A stretch of DNA of 63,332 nt, filler included, from Octopus bimaculoides (lineage: Eukaryota): the NCBI RefSeq assembly GCF_001194135.2. It is 7 parts of 7 records of this genome, joined end to end, with 100 filler letters (N's around TTAATTAATTAA, not from the genome) between each part and the next. Parts side by side here need not be neighbours in the genome. Positions count along the whole stretch, not along the records: positions 1 to 14,659 come from NC_068999.1; 6 more parts are not named here. One strand, given 5' to 3'. Position numbers and translations under genes: made by a program. Below are positions 1 through 13,084 of the stretch, piece by piece (position 1 is the stretch's first letter; each line of letters opens with the position of its first letter). The notes beneath the pieces are model-generated. The model made no database searches. It was not told the origin of the DNA and saw only the letters and a program-made list of their open reading frames with translations.

Positions 1-54
<54 letters not shown>
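1..54. repeat. (GT)n microsatellite
   Basis: Pure GT dinucleotide run at the window start. Confidence 0.98.
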
Positions 55-56
<2 letters not shown>

Positions 57-724
57 TGGGGAGGCTATGGGTGGGTGTTAAGCATGGATGTATGGTTAAG
101 GAGTTCACTTTGCATCCATATGGTTCTGGATTTGATCCCACTCAGCTGCACCTTGGGCGAGTGCCTTCAACAAAGCTTCAGGTTGGCCAATGCAATGTGA
201 ACAAAATTTGGGAGCTGAAATCTGTGTGAAAACATGTTGGTTGGCTGGCTGGATAGATGGTGCATATTTAATTTGTTTGTACATCAGTGTATGCCTATAT
301 CACTAAAGGGAGATAACTCCCTAAAAAATAGTTTTTGAAAATTGAATAAAACTTTTGCAGATAGTATCCTGGGATGGCTGGAATAAATTTATTTGTGTGT
401 GTGTGCGCGCGCGCGTGTATCACATATCTATACATCTGTCTATAAATACAAAAACAATATATTCACATGCGTTCTAACCTAATTAATTCTTGATGTCAGT
501 GAAATCAATGACTACATGGATGTATGGAGACCAGTATTTAATTCTGCTATCTGTAACATTAAATAGATGAAATGGAAAGTTCTGCCAGGGTAAATATTTC
601 TGATATTCTGCTATCCACTTCACAATTTAAAATCTATTTTCTTTAACTTAATTACTACTGGTCTAAACACTTTGCAACTCTATCATTATTGTGATGTTAA
701 CATCTACTTTTCCATGCTTGCATG

Positions 725-930
725 AAGTAAGCCCCCTAGACCCATAGGACTGGTTACTTATTCCATGGCATGTAAGTCACTGACACAGTTATACATCCTC
801 CCTCAATGGGATGCCACTCCATAGCAGGGTTATTCATTTACAGCTGAGTGGACTGGAGCAATTTGAAATAAAGTGTTTTGCTGAAGAACACTAGGCACTT
901 GCGATCATGAATGCAACACCCTAACCATGG
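725..930 (-). mobile_element. Degenerate tRNA-derived CORE-like SINE
   Basis: Shares the block cagctgagtggactggagcaa..tgaaataaagtgttttgctgaagaacac with the copies at 19401-19641 and (reverse complement) 56941-57250. Confidence 0.6.
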
Positions 931-2411
931 AGCCCCACACATCACCACATGCTTTCATGGGTCAGATGATACTTCACTGAGGCAGGATTTTCTATGGCTG
1001 AACACCTTACCTGATGCCAACCCTCATTTGTCACCCCACCACTGCCAATCATCATCATCATCATCAACGTTTAATGTCCGTTTTTCCATGCTGGCATGGA
1101 TTGGATGGCTTGACAGGAACTGACAAAAGCCTGAGGCTACACCAGGTTCCATTGTCTGTTTCTATGGCTGGGTGCCCTTCCTAATGCCAACCACTTTACA
1201 GAGTGTACTGGGTGCTTTTTACGTGGGACCTTCACTTTGAACAAACAGCCCATCATGCTTTTTGTGAAAAATTATAAACAAATGGAAATGCTTTTGTTTA
1301 CAGTCAGTATTCACATATCAAGAAGATAGGTACAGCAAACAAACAACACTATATGAACAGTGAGGCTTTGTTTACAATCAGTGTCTACAGGTAAAATCTC
1401 TGTTCATGATCAAGCAGGTTTGAGTTTAATTATAATTTATTGACGAGGGCCAATAAGACTGAAACATGTCTAGCTGTTAGCTAACCTTCTAACAATGATC
1501 AAATTTTCCCCTTAGATATATAAATTAATATTTTTGTGTAATTAATTTCTTGAAATTTTCTTCTCTTTTTCTTCTCTTTTTCTTTGAGAATTACTACCAA
1601 TTACTAGTAGGTTTTTGTCATTAATTAATTATTTTTTGGTGCACAAGGCTTTAAATACATAACCTGATATTTAATTTACATATTTGACAGTCAAGAAAAA
1701 TATTGGATAGCTTTCCAAAAAAAAAAAAATCAGAACACCAATGACTACATGTCAACTTAGGTGTTTGGACATGTTAGATAATATAGTCTTAAAAACATCA
1801 TGTTTGAATAAAAGAATAGGATGGTCATAGCTGGACCATAGAGGCTGTTCATTGAAGTCTGACATATATGTTACAACAGTAACATATATAAACATATGTA
1901 CAGATCCACTGTCACCTTACTATATTTTTCAATTTGAGATGGTCATGGTTAGGATGGTTTTGACTATAAATTTGCTCAGTCAAGACCAACCTGGCATTAA
2001 GCAACATCAATGATACCAACAAGAATATCTGAACTCATGCCCCACTTGATTGCTTTAATTCTCTACTAAACTAGTCACAAAGAATATGTACACTTACTAC
2101 AATCATTAGACTGTATTCATAGCTAAGCAGCTATATACAGTTAAAAATCACAAACCACTGTGCAGCCACTCAAGCTTCAAGAAGTAGTAGCTAAATCACC
2201 CTCAAAACCACAAACTGTCTAAAAAAAAACCTAGCCGATGTAATTCCCTGATACACTGAAAGGCAGTCTGTTAATGTCTGGAAACAGATTTGGTCATAAG
2301 CCTTGTTCAACCAGAGTTAACCTGGGATTACATAACAAGAACATAAGAATCAAGATTTTGAAATCAGGAACAGGGAAAGGCAAGGAGGAAAAAAGAAAAC
2401 TTACTGTATGA

Positions 2412-2448
<37 letters not shown>

Positions 2449-2839
2449 CCGCTTTTAAAGACTTATCAAACCTATTCTGGCATAAAAAAGGTTGGTAAGT
2501 AAAAGGTGAGTGCTGAAAGCTGGAAGACTAAAACCAAAAAAATGTTTTGTCATTGTGTTTGTGTACCTATTTGAAGAATTGTCATAAAGAAGATAAAAGA
2601 TGAGTGGTTTATAAAACAAAGTATTCTGTTATTGAATGGCGAAAAATTCTAACATGCTTGCCAAAATGACTTGTAATGGACATATAACAATAAAGATTAC
2701 TGGTAAAAAAAATATTTGTTGAGGTTCTTGAAATTTGTTTGTGGGAAGAGAAAGCAAAAAATGAATAAAATATAGATTAGAGATCTAATTTAACAAGTTT
2801 GTGGCCATTACAACAGTTAGCAATATATGTACAAAAAAG

Positions 2840-3050
2840 TTGAGTTGAAAGAAAGGATTTTAATACTTCAAAAGGTGTTTTAGTAGCATCAAAAGATCGA
2901 GTTTGTAGAGAGAAAAAGAACAAAGACATAAGCGGTAAACAGAGTTGCTTTTTCAGAAATGATGAAGTATGTGAACACAAGAGAAAAATACAAGTACATA
3001 CAAGCATTGCAAGTTGTTTGATAACAGCTAAACCATTTAGTATGACATAG
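2840..3050 (+). pseudogene. Possible highly decayed retroviral-type (Maverick/Polinton-like) integrase relic
   Basis: One frame reads IEFVERKRTKT*AVNRVAFSEMMKYVNTREKYKYIQALQVV**QLN. This loosely follows the pattern I.F...TKA.VER...MWKY...Y.YI..LQ..V..YN. It has several stops and was aligned by eye only. Confidence 0.25.
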
Positions 3051-3671
3051 TGTCTCATGTGCATAACATCTTATGTTGAAAAAACTTTGAGAAACTGAGA
3101 TTATCTATGCAAATAGCAGACAAAAACTCCCTCTCAAAGGGTTTTAAATCTATGACCAAAGAAGATAACTACAGGTGATTGAAGTTTTTGGAATATAAAG
3201 TGCTATAGATGGGAGTAAAACTTATCTTTAAAGCTAACCAGTGAAAAATAACAGACACGTTTCAGTCTTATTTGGCAAGACTGAGAGTGATATATAATAT
3301 TCATTAGTTTACTTAACATTCATTATTTCCCCCCATATAATCATGGATTTGGTCAGAGAGAGATATTTAGTGACACCAGCATACATATATAAATTAAATA
3401 CACACCCTCTATCTATCTAGCTAGCTATCTATCCATCCAACCAACCAACATGCTTTCACACAGATTTCAGCTACCAGATTTTGCCCCAACTGCATTGGCC
3501 AACCTAACACTTTGTTAGAAGGCACTTGCCTAAGGTGCAGCATAATGGGATCAAATCCAGAACTACATAGCTGCAAAGCGAACTCCTTAACCATCATCCA
3601 TGCTTATTTAAGACTGGCTGTTATAACCAGATACCTGCTTTTCAAGTAGGGCGATTCCTTTATCCCACAAG

Positions 3672-3900
3672 TCTTCCCAAAGCACAGAGCAAACTGTCAC
3701 AAGGATAAGAAGCAAGGCCAGCATAAGCACCACTTATCTCAAACGATACAAGCAGCATGGGATATAAACATCTGTGCATATTCAGACATACATATGGAGT
3801 GGGGTGCAAAAGGCCAGGCAGACCAACAAGAGACTGAGAAATAGAGGAAATACTGTGATGCTGGTTAGGAATATCAAAAGCTGCCAACCTCATAAAAGGG
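3672..3900 (+). pseudogene. Possible decayed Penelope-like element N-terminal coding relic
   Basis: A plus frame reads TVTRIRSKASISTTYLKRYKQHGI*TSV, resembling the FLKRCK.HGI.P segment of PLE ORFs. It contains stops. Confidence 0.25.
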
Positions 3901-4349
3901 ATATTTGAAATACAGTTCCATTCAAGTTATTTTGGTAAATTCATTGCAAAATGAAGAGGAATTCAACAACTGATCACAAACTGGGTCTCTTCTTCTTTGA
4001 TTATCACTCATCCCATTTGTGTTAAGAGTTTCAATCAACTTAACTAATCAATGAACGAGTACTTCTAAGACACTCCTACTTAGAAATTTTAATGACATTT
4101 TCTTGAAGAATGCAAAATATATTGGGAAATGTAACATTTGATGAATTCAGACAAGACAACAGTCTTCTTGGTTTGTTTAATTTCAGTTAAAAACCAACAT
4201 TTACAGACTGGTTTTAGGCAATGACCCTTCTATTTCATATACTTAGTGACATCCTACCTTATATTTCCTATGTAACATTCATTATCCTATGTATAGGCAG
4301 TGACACTCTATTCTACATATTTTCTATGGCATCTACACTATCTGCACCC

Positions 4350-4500
4350 CCCACTGGCACTCTACCTTATGCATCACCTGTGGCACCTACTCTACGTATC
4401 ATCTGTGGTATGCATCACCTGTGACACCCTAGGAATCATCTGTAACACTGACCCTATGCATCACTTGTGACACCTAACCTAGGTATCATCTGTGGCACCG
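4350..4500. repeat. Degenerate minisatellite (~27 bp unit)
   Basis: Recurrent tatgcatcacctgtg(g/a)cacc(ta)-like units. Confidence 0.75.
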
Positions 4501-4569
4501 ATCCACTGTACCTCCAGTGGATTTCTGACCAATTGAAAATTACTTCTTTGAGTCAATAGAAGAGCTCCT

Positions 4570-4805
4570 ACATGTCAATCGACCTGCTAGAAATAGCAGC
4601 CAAATCTCCCTCATATTACACCCAACCAACTTAAAATAAAAATGATACATTGAATACTACTGCAGCCTGAGACACACAATTTTAACAAAAAACAAAACAA
4701 AAAAAGAAAAGAAAAGAAAAGCAGATATGATCATGACTGGAATATGGCTGTTCAAAAGGTCTCCTCAATCAGAACTGCCCTGGGACTAAACAACATAAAC
4801 AACAA
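4570..4805 (+). mobile_element. Dispersed SINE-like repeat, 3' part (family E)
   Basis: Block gctagaaatagcagccaaatctccctca...gatggtcatg(g/a)ctggaat...aacaac. It recurs at ~2190-2340, ~12185-12360, ~23112-23290 and, reversed, ~48545-48665. Confidence 0.7.
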
Positions 4806-6339
4806 AGCAAGCAATCAGTTATTGAGATGAGAACAACAGATTGCATGACATGTCTTGGAAATAACATTTAAAACAGTCAAACTTCCTGTGTAATTTATCC
4901 AGAATTCAATTACAATCGTTTTCACTTTAATTAAGAAAACTGATGAAGCTCACAGACTGTGACAAGTGATACTGGCTGACATTCCAAACACTGATAGCTA
5001 TTGATACCTGCTCAATGTATAACTATGGAAACTAAAACAACAACACCCCCTCCTTTATGTAATTTAATAGGTTCCCACCTCCTTACCCACATACAACTTC
5101 GTTCATTGTTTTATTTCTCCCAACTGAATTATGTCCATCCATACTAGGGTTTTTGTTGTTCTTTAGCCAGCAGCATAGCTCAGTTGGGCATGGAGCTGGC
5201 TACCTTGCGTGACTCTTTTATGGAGGTGACACCATTGGGCTTGCTACGTATGCCTATATAGGCATGTTGGGGCCTGGAGGTGAGGGAAAACTCAAGGGCA
5301 GCCCTCAGAGGCACACCCTCTAGCTACACCACTATCTTTAACCCAGGGCTGCCTCATCTGATCCACCAAGCTCATCTGATCAAAGACATGACCATCTTGT
5401 CACTTTTTTAATGACAGTGTTTATCCCAGACAACATTATTTAATGTATCTTTCCTTGATTGTTATTTCCACGAAGACGAGCAACAGTGAAGAGGCTGTCA
5501 CATTGGCTCAATATTCAGGTTTTTATGCAACAGTTTATGTCGATAACAACAATATGGTTAAGTAAGGCTTAGCAGACCTGATTGAAGCAGGGCTTCAGAC
5601 AAAATGTTTTTTTGATAGTTGTTTTGACACATTACATTCTGCGTTCAAATCTCACCAAAACCAACTTAGTTTTCCATCCTTCCAGAGTCAATGAAATAAA
5701 GCACCAGATATAATCAACTAATGTTCTTCCCTGAAAATTGTTGGCTTTGTGCCTAAATTATTATTATTAGCAGCAGAATGATAGAAACAGCTGTGATGGA
5801 CAAAATGCAAGGAATTGTTATTATTATTATTTCCCCGATTCAAAACTGATATCAAAAATAAAGAAAGAGGCAGAGCTGAATAAATGTTTTATCAACCAAC
5901 CAAACTCTATCACAGTTCTTCTAACCTATATAGAGAACACTCCCTAAAGTGATTTCCTGATTATGGAATGGTTGAAGAGCTTGTCTTATCTTATGCCTGG
6001 TGTTTGTCATCTTTCTTTCAGCAAGAAAGTAGGAATTAAATAAATAACACACCAGGAGGAGGCCCTGAGAAGACCAGTTCCAATGAAAATAAATAACATT
6101 TTGGTGAGACATTCTCTTTCTGGCATGCTGAAGCTGGGGTTGGAAGAAAGGAGGCAGTTCTATAATTGTTTATTAATTTTAACCATAAAAACTAACAGTA
6201 AAAATACTTACTATATATATATACAGGGACTGAAATGTAACATGAAGCTCAGAGCAAGAATTAAATAAATATATAAAAAGTATAATAATTTGTTCTCATT
6301 TTTGGTATAAGGCCAGTAACTTTGAAGGGAAGGGCAATT

Positions 6340-7005
6340 TGATTACATTGATCCCCCCCCCCCCAATACTTGACAGGTACTTTATTATAACAACCCTGCA
6401 AAGATGAAAGACAAAGTAGATTTTGGTGGAATTTAAACTCAGGAACAAAAAGAGCTGAACGAAATACTGCTAAGCATTTTGTCCAACACACTAAGGATGC
6501 TACCAGATTGTTGCCTTAAATATAATAATAATAATAATAATCCTTTCTACTATAGGCACAAGGTCTGAAATTGGGGGAGGGGGCTAGTCGATTACATCAA
6601 CCTCAGTAATTCACTGGTACTTAATTTATTGACCCCGAAAAGATGAAAGGCAAAGTCAACCCCAGAGGAATTTGAACTCAGAACATAAGGACAGATGAAA
6701 TACCACTGAGCATTTCGACCAGCATGTTAACGATTCTGCCAGCTTACCACCTTAATAATAATAATGATGATGATGATGATGATAATAATAACAATGGCTT
6801 GAAATTTTGCCACCAGGGCAGCAATTTTGAGGGAGGGGATGAGTCGATTACATCGATCCCGGTGTTCAACTGGTACTTACTTTATCAATCCTAGAAGGAT
6901 GAAAGGCAAAGTTAACCTTGGCAGAATTTCAACTGAAGCCATAGTGATGGGCGAAATGCCACAAAGCGCTTTGCCTGGTGTGGTAACAAGTCTGCCAGCT
7001 CACTG
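6340..7005 (-). mobile_element. Three head-to-tail tRNA-derived Nin/Deu-type SINE copies (family B)
   Basis: Each carries the reverse complement of gagttcaaattc (B box) and ctttgcctttcatcct..ggggtcgataaa..aagtaccag. Copies are separated by (aat)n runs. Confidence 0.85.
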
Positions 7006-7742
7006 CCTTAATAATAATAATGATGATGATGATGATGATTTTTTTTTATTTGCCATCAGGGTAACAGATAAGGAGGATGATACAAAGACAGGCATAAAGT
7101 GAGAAAATTTATGCGGAATCAAGTGAGTTTAAAAGAATGATGATGGTGGTAATAATAATAATAATAATATTTTTCTTATCTTTTTAAGGGCAGAAAGTAG
7201 GATGATGAGTTGTTGAGAAAAAAATAATTCCCTAAAGCCTTCAAGGTGCTGCCCCTGCATGGCCACAATCAAATGACTGAAATAAGTGAAAGATAAAAGA
7301 TGCTATCAATGAGAGAAAGATGTCAGATAATGCTACAGAAAGTAGAAACAACTGTTGGTTGTAAAGACGACAAAGGACTTAGTGATTCTTAAGCAACAGG
7401 CCTGTCACCCAGTTGTTTCCCAACTGGTTTTATTTCCACAGTAATTCAAGGTGATTTTACACAGTTTTATTAAAATATAGCTCATTTATGAAATATGTAA
7501 GAATAATCTAATTTAGTCATGACATATTTTTATCATTATAGCAATATCAGATGAATTGGAGCAGTAAATAGTTTTAATTAAATAGAAAAGACAGAAAAGA
7601 ACATGGAGCAAGAAGAAAGAGAAAAACAAGATATTATTTAGTTGAAATGCAATTTAGATTAGTATGGTGTCATTCAAAAGTTATTTCCCTACTGTAGAGG
7701 AATGGAGGGAGGGAGGGAGGGATAGAAAGAGAGTGAGAGAGA

Positions 7743-7775
<33 letters not shown>

Positions 7776-8607
7776 CACTGCTGTTATCTAAGAAAGAACT
7801 TACTGTTGATTGATAGTTAACTGATATAAGTAAATCTAAACCCTTAGCACCTAGCACCATCATTAAGTAACAACAATCTTAAGCCATATTATCAATCACC
7901 GTCACCACCTCCACCATCATTGAGGTCATTAAACTGTTTCATAACAGATTCAGATAACAATCTTAATCCATTCTTATGCAAGCATAATTGCCTCCCATAA
8001 GCTTAGATAGCAACTACACCAAACAATTATTACATAGAAAGCACTCATAAACACCACCACATGTACAACTAAATCTGTTAATCTCACTTAATTAGTGTGA
8101 CCTAATCTACTTTAAACAATCAAGGCTTCTGGTTCATAAACAGCTAAAATAAACACAACTAAACTTCAACATGCTGCTTATAAACAGAAGTGCTGCCAGA
8201 ACTGTATGGAAATATTTTCAAAACCATTTCTTTAAAATACAATCCTTGTATTCTATTCTTTTTTTTTCTTTTATCTGTCAAATAGGTGCAGGTATGACTG
8301 TGATAAGAAGCTTGCTTCCCAATGACGATGGTTCCGGGTTCAGTCCCACTGCATGGAATCTTGAGCAAGTGTCTTATACAATAGCCTTGGACCAACCAAA
8401 GCCTTGTGAGTGGATTTGGGAGATGGAAACTGAAAGAAGCCCACCATATATGTGTGAGTGTGTTTGTCTATAAAAATTATGTGCAATAAATTGGTTATAC
8501 TTCTACAATAAATAAAATATTAAAACAACTTTTTTAATACAATTCCTAAAATTATTTAGTTATAAAAATTTAAAACAAAAACAACATATGAACAATTATT
8601 TTAATAC

Positions 8608-9115
8608 TTTAGCTATCTTGCCTCTAGATGTCACTTAAAAATATCTTCATTGTATATGAGGTTACTTTACAATGTCACACTAGCCATCACACCTGTACAT
8701 CATGTAACTTTAGCCATCCTGCAACTGCACCATGTGACTTCAGCTATCTTAACCACTACACAATGTGATTTTTAGCTATTTTATTTGTACACAATATCAT
8801 CTCAGCCATACTATACATGTATACAGTCTCCTTGGCCATTCTCTGTCTGTAAACTCAGCCATTCTATGTCTGTAAGCTGTCACTTTAACTATCTTGTCTC
8901 AACATTAGCCATGTATCTCTACATTACATTTTAGCTATTTTATTTCCACACAATATCACCTTAGCCATACTCTATCTCTATGCTGTCAACTTAGCTATCC
9001 TGTTTCAACATTGGCCATGTGTATCTACATTACATCTCAATAATCTTCCTCGCCATAATGCCACCTTAGCCAGTCCTCCTCTACATGACATCATGTTGGC
9101 CAACCATAGCTATTC
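8608..9115. repeat. Degenerate ~29-30 bp minisatellite with internal higher-order duplications
   Basis: Periodic ttagc(c/t)at motif. Near-identical blocks occur at 8770-8812/8929-8971 and 8877-8929/8983-9035. Confidence 0.8.
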
Positions 9116-9499
9116 TATCTCAGACCGTGACCTATGCTCAACTAACATGTAGCCTTTAAAAAACAAAGTGAGAAGAAAGAACAGCACAACTCGTCCCACC
9201 TCCACTATATCCTCAAACCGATCATGTTTATTATTACCACTACCACCCACACATCACATAGAAAACACCCCAGCTGTCAAACTTGCTCAACAGCTTATCA
9301 AAAACTTATTTATCCAACACCTTTATTTCCCCTGCCACCACAAACATAACCTGAAAGTTATGTTATTTTAATTTTGATAATAAACGTTAATAATAAACCT
9401 CATTTAATAGTCCTTAATTCTCTCTTTCTCTAGTCATGAAATAAAAACCATCAAATTTTCCTACTTCCTTTTGCTATATTCTCAACCAGTAAGTTCACA

Positions 9500-9815
9500 T
9501 CCTACATTCTTTCTCTCTTCATGTGCCAAGTATAAGCAATCACAGACATTCATGCCTTCTTGTCCCCACCACACACAAGTTTGTGGGCTGGCTGATCTTT
9601 AGTAAACCAGCTACTAAGTCCATCTTCTATCCTCTCTCACTGTTTTTACCGGAACAACTTCTTCCTTTCAGCCTCCACTCCCTGCTTCCATCTTCTCTTC
9701 TCATACAATGTCCTTCTTGTCCTTAAGCTTCTTGTCTCTTTTATGTTGTTGGGAGGCCTTGTGTTGGTCTTTGCTTGTCTTAAAGACTTCAATGTTTGTC
9801 ACTCTACCTGCAAAG
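9500..9815 (-). mobile_element. Probable decayed RTE-type LINE coding relic (endonuclease-RT linker)
   Basis: Minus-strand reads include RVTNIEVF..QH..KLKD..and ..VWWGQE.., resembling the RTE V.NVKV..QH.L..WKLK..WWWNE region. Stops are present. Confidence 0.35.
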
Positions 9816-11384
9816 GACATCATTAGCATGCTGTTGTGATGTGGTTCCTTAGAAGAAAATCTACTTTACAAACCCCTTTGTTGGACATCAACTCCTGAAG
9901 ATTAGGTTTCAAAATCTAACAATAAACAGAAAAATGTGTATGCATGCACATGTATGCATACACATACACACACACTGAAGGAACCTCTCTACATGACTGC
10001 ACTTGACCTACTAAAAGTAGCAAACAATTTTCCTTTAAATTAAGTCTTATAGGTGGGTTAGTAACAAAACACACACCACACACTGCAATGACATAAATAT
10101 GACAGCTTGTGTTCCAACTTATACCATTTCTTTTGATAACTCTTGCAAATCTCTAGATACTGGCAGTTGATTTTACTATCAAATAATGTTCACATGTTAT
10201 TGCCAGGAATGTTACACAAGAAAATGCACAGACCCAATCCTTGATACCTATTTACAACTTCTGACCCATGATAACTGGGAATAAATGAATATAAAATTAA
10301 AAACAAAAAACAATATATAAATAAATTGAATAAATTCAATGAGCTTTGAATAATATGGGCTTGTGGACTGAGACTGTTGACTTAAAGTTTACCAGAGATA
10401 GCTTTGTGCATTCTGGTAACATCTGACTGATATGGGCTTGTTACCTTAAAGTTTTCTAAAGTATCTGACCAAGACACCTTATCCCTATAGCTTTGTAATA
10501 TTTTGAACTCCCTCTTCTTCACTTTAATTCATGACTCAGTGAAAGAAAAACGATAAGATCCCTAATAATTTAGTTATTGATTAGAATTTAAAATCTCTAT
10601 TTATGTTCTCATGGAAAACATTTTACAAATAGAATCAATACATGATGTTGAGTGAGAGAAAGAGAAAGAAAAGAGAGTGTAAAACTTACAAGTCCTTAGT
10701 AACAGAAAATGTGTTGCTAAGGACCAGTGCTTGTCAGGTCATGATTGTGTAGTAGTATGGAGTGGTGTGGTTTACTTGAAAATAAACAGATTAACTCTAA
10801 GAAATCTCCACACCTACCACCATAATCCTCTCCTCCTTAGCTGTGGTGTCAATCAAAGAGTGGAACCTCACAATAGGTGAAAGCTGCTTGCTTTACTAAA
10901 TAGCAAACTTGTAAGGCATTAATGTGGCTACTTCCAGTTTGTTGGTGTGAAACGGTAGAAGGTTCAATGTCATTAAGAAAGCTGGTCTACCATGAGTAAC
11001 ATAGTCAGGAAAGAGGATGACCTGGTACCTTATTGCTAACAGCTAGGTGGGCTGAACAATGCTTATACATTCAATGTAAAATAACAACTAGATTATTTTA
11101 GATTGATTTATGACATCTTGTTCAGTAATTTTGTCAAAACCCTGCCTGAGTCAGTCCACTTGAGCTTTTCATTTCCTCCTCTCTTGCTAAATAAACAAAA
11201 ACACAATGAGTCATTGCTGTAATTGTATCAAACCAACCCCACAATGAACATACAGATACTGGAATGCTAGTTCAGGTCACAGTTCATGTTTGATCTTGTG
11301 TTCCAACCATATATACCTATCTCTGTTACAGAGGTTTTAAAGACAGTTCAGTGTTTGCTGGGAAGTTTTTTTTTTTTCTCTTTT

Positions 11385-11742
11385 ATCTTTTACTTGTTTC
11401 AGTCATTAGATTGTGGCCAAGCTGGAGCACTGCTTAGAAGAATTTTTAGTCAAATGAATCAACCCCAGTACTTATTTTTTAAAGTTTTATATTTATTCTT
11501 TTGTTCTCTTTTGCTGAACCACTTAGTTACAAGGATGCAAACACACTAACATCGGTTATCAAGTAGTGGTGGCGGACAAACACACATGACAGGCTTCATA
11601 CAGTTTCCATCTACGAAATCCACTTACAAGGCTTTGGTCAACGTAAGGCTATAGTAGAAGACACTTGCCCAAGGTGCCATGCAGAGGGACTGATCCCGGA
11701 ACCATGTGGTTGGGAAGCAAGCTTCTTCCCATACAGCCACGC
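11385..11742 (-). mobile_element. tRNA-derived SINE family A copy
   Basis: Reverse complement gives head ggctgtatgggaagaagcttgcttcccaaccacatggttccgggatcagtcc, body ccttgggcaagtgtctt, and tail tgactgaaacaagtaaaag. Confidence 0.9.
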
Positions 11743-12688
11743 CTGGATACAATAGTGAGTAGGTGAAACCAATTATACAGAAACTCTTGACAACTCGTGT
11801 AAAAACAATATAAGGTGCAAAGATTAGGAAGAGATCCATTACAGTGACTGAATGTTCCTCTCAAAAACAAGGCCATACTCCCAGTTAAAATTATTAATTG
11901 CTTCACCTTCTATCAAAAAGGTTGTGCAATCAAATTTTGTTAATGTTGGTCAGTAAAAGAACCAATAATCGTAGAAGAACGTGCCTTGCTTAGTAGAAGT
12001 GGATACAGAGAGCAAGATTTAAACTCATGAATATGAATTTCATGACAGCACCATAATCATGTATCTACCATATTTTTGGTAACTTGTAGATTAAAATCAA
12101 ACACTACAACAACAATGAAAAAATAAAAAGGTACTGCTTCATCAAAACCATAATGATATAGTTTAACCTTCCTGAAGCCTCTAAACAGTCAATATGCAAG
12201 AAATAGCATATCGTCCTCAAATTACACTCTTAAAAAAAAGATACATTGAACAATGTAGTCATTGGTATAGGAAAAAATGAAGCGGGGGGGGGGGATCATG
12301 GCTGGAAATCTTTTATCATAGGTCTACTGGATTAGAGCTGATCTGAGGTAAAATGATATCAAAGTATTTGAAGAACTTACTGAACGAGTCTACAGATTAT
12401 CTCCCAACCATTATTTAGGAAGGGGAATAACTCTTACAAAACTATTCAAACAACTTAAAATTTGCGATTCTTATGCAAACCACATTGGGTTGGTAATACG
12501 TGTAAATAAATATAGACTAATTATTGTGCGAGATCCATATAATTTTCCGTCTTTAAGAGTCACCAGAGCAAATTTTGTCTTTTATCACTTCAGTGAAACA
12601 AAGTAGTAGTAATATACTACAATCATTCTAAGCAACACTGAAACTGGCACAAAGCCACAAATGTTTTTGCAGGATAGGGGATATAGAT

Positions 12689-13070
12689 CAGTGGTTCTCA
12701 ACCGAGGTTCATATGACCCCTAGGGTTCCATATATAAATTTGGAAGAGTAAACGCAAGCAAAATAGTAAACTGAAGATCCACAGTTGTGTTTTAAGGGTC
12801 CATGAAAAATTTTGATTTAGAATTTCTTGCAAGAAATAAGTTTCTTTCTCTAATGTTATATACATAGTTTAATGTTTCTGGCCACTGAAACGTGTTCTCC
12901 CCAAGAATGCTTGTGCAAACGTACACAAGTTAATGCATGGAAAACAAAATAGGAATTTTGAAATAAGTATCTATAAAACCAGTTTTTAAGCACCGAAAGG
13001 CTTTGGGGGTCCACCAGAATGAAATAGTAATGAAAGGGGTCCGTAGATAAAAATTGGCTGAGAACTACTG
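12689..13070. mobile_element. hAT (Charlie-type) MITE, 382 bp
   Basis: TIRs CAGTGGTTCTCAAC (12689) and GCTGAGAACTACTG (to 13070). Flanking 8-mers ATATAGAT and GTCTAGAT resemble the NTCTAGAN Charlie target-site duplication. Confidence 0.85.
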
Positions 13071-13084
13071 GTCTAGATGATTAG

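Noticed and set aside
3-229. ORF-track hits made of VC/YI/HT/LS repeats throughout the window
   Set aside because: They are translations of (GT)n, (TA)n, (CA)n and (CT)n microsatellites or run through N gaps.
3645-3745. Minus-strand reading VVLMLALLLILVTVCSVLWEDLWDKGIALLEKQ ending at a GT donor
   Set aside because: It is preceded by an in-frame stop and a poor acceptor, has no recognised homology, and the opposite strand looks like a PLE relic.
9705-9811. Apparent minus-strand exon GRVTNIEVFKTSKDQHK.. with a ctttgcAG acceptor
   Set aside because: The surrounding sequence fits a decayed RTE LINE better.
10690-10778. Minus-strand segment with good acceptor and GTAAGT donor
   Set aside because: All three frames contain stops. 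It might be a non-coding exon but cannot be supported.
12353-12606. ~85-codon stop-free plus frame (KVFEELTERVYRLSPNHY..)
   Set aside because: No start codon or splice support and no recognisable motif. Such lengths are expected by chance in a window this size.
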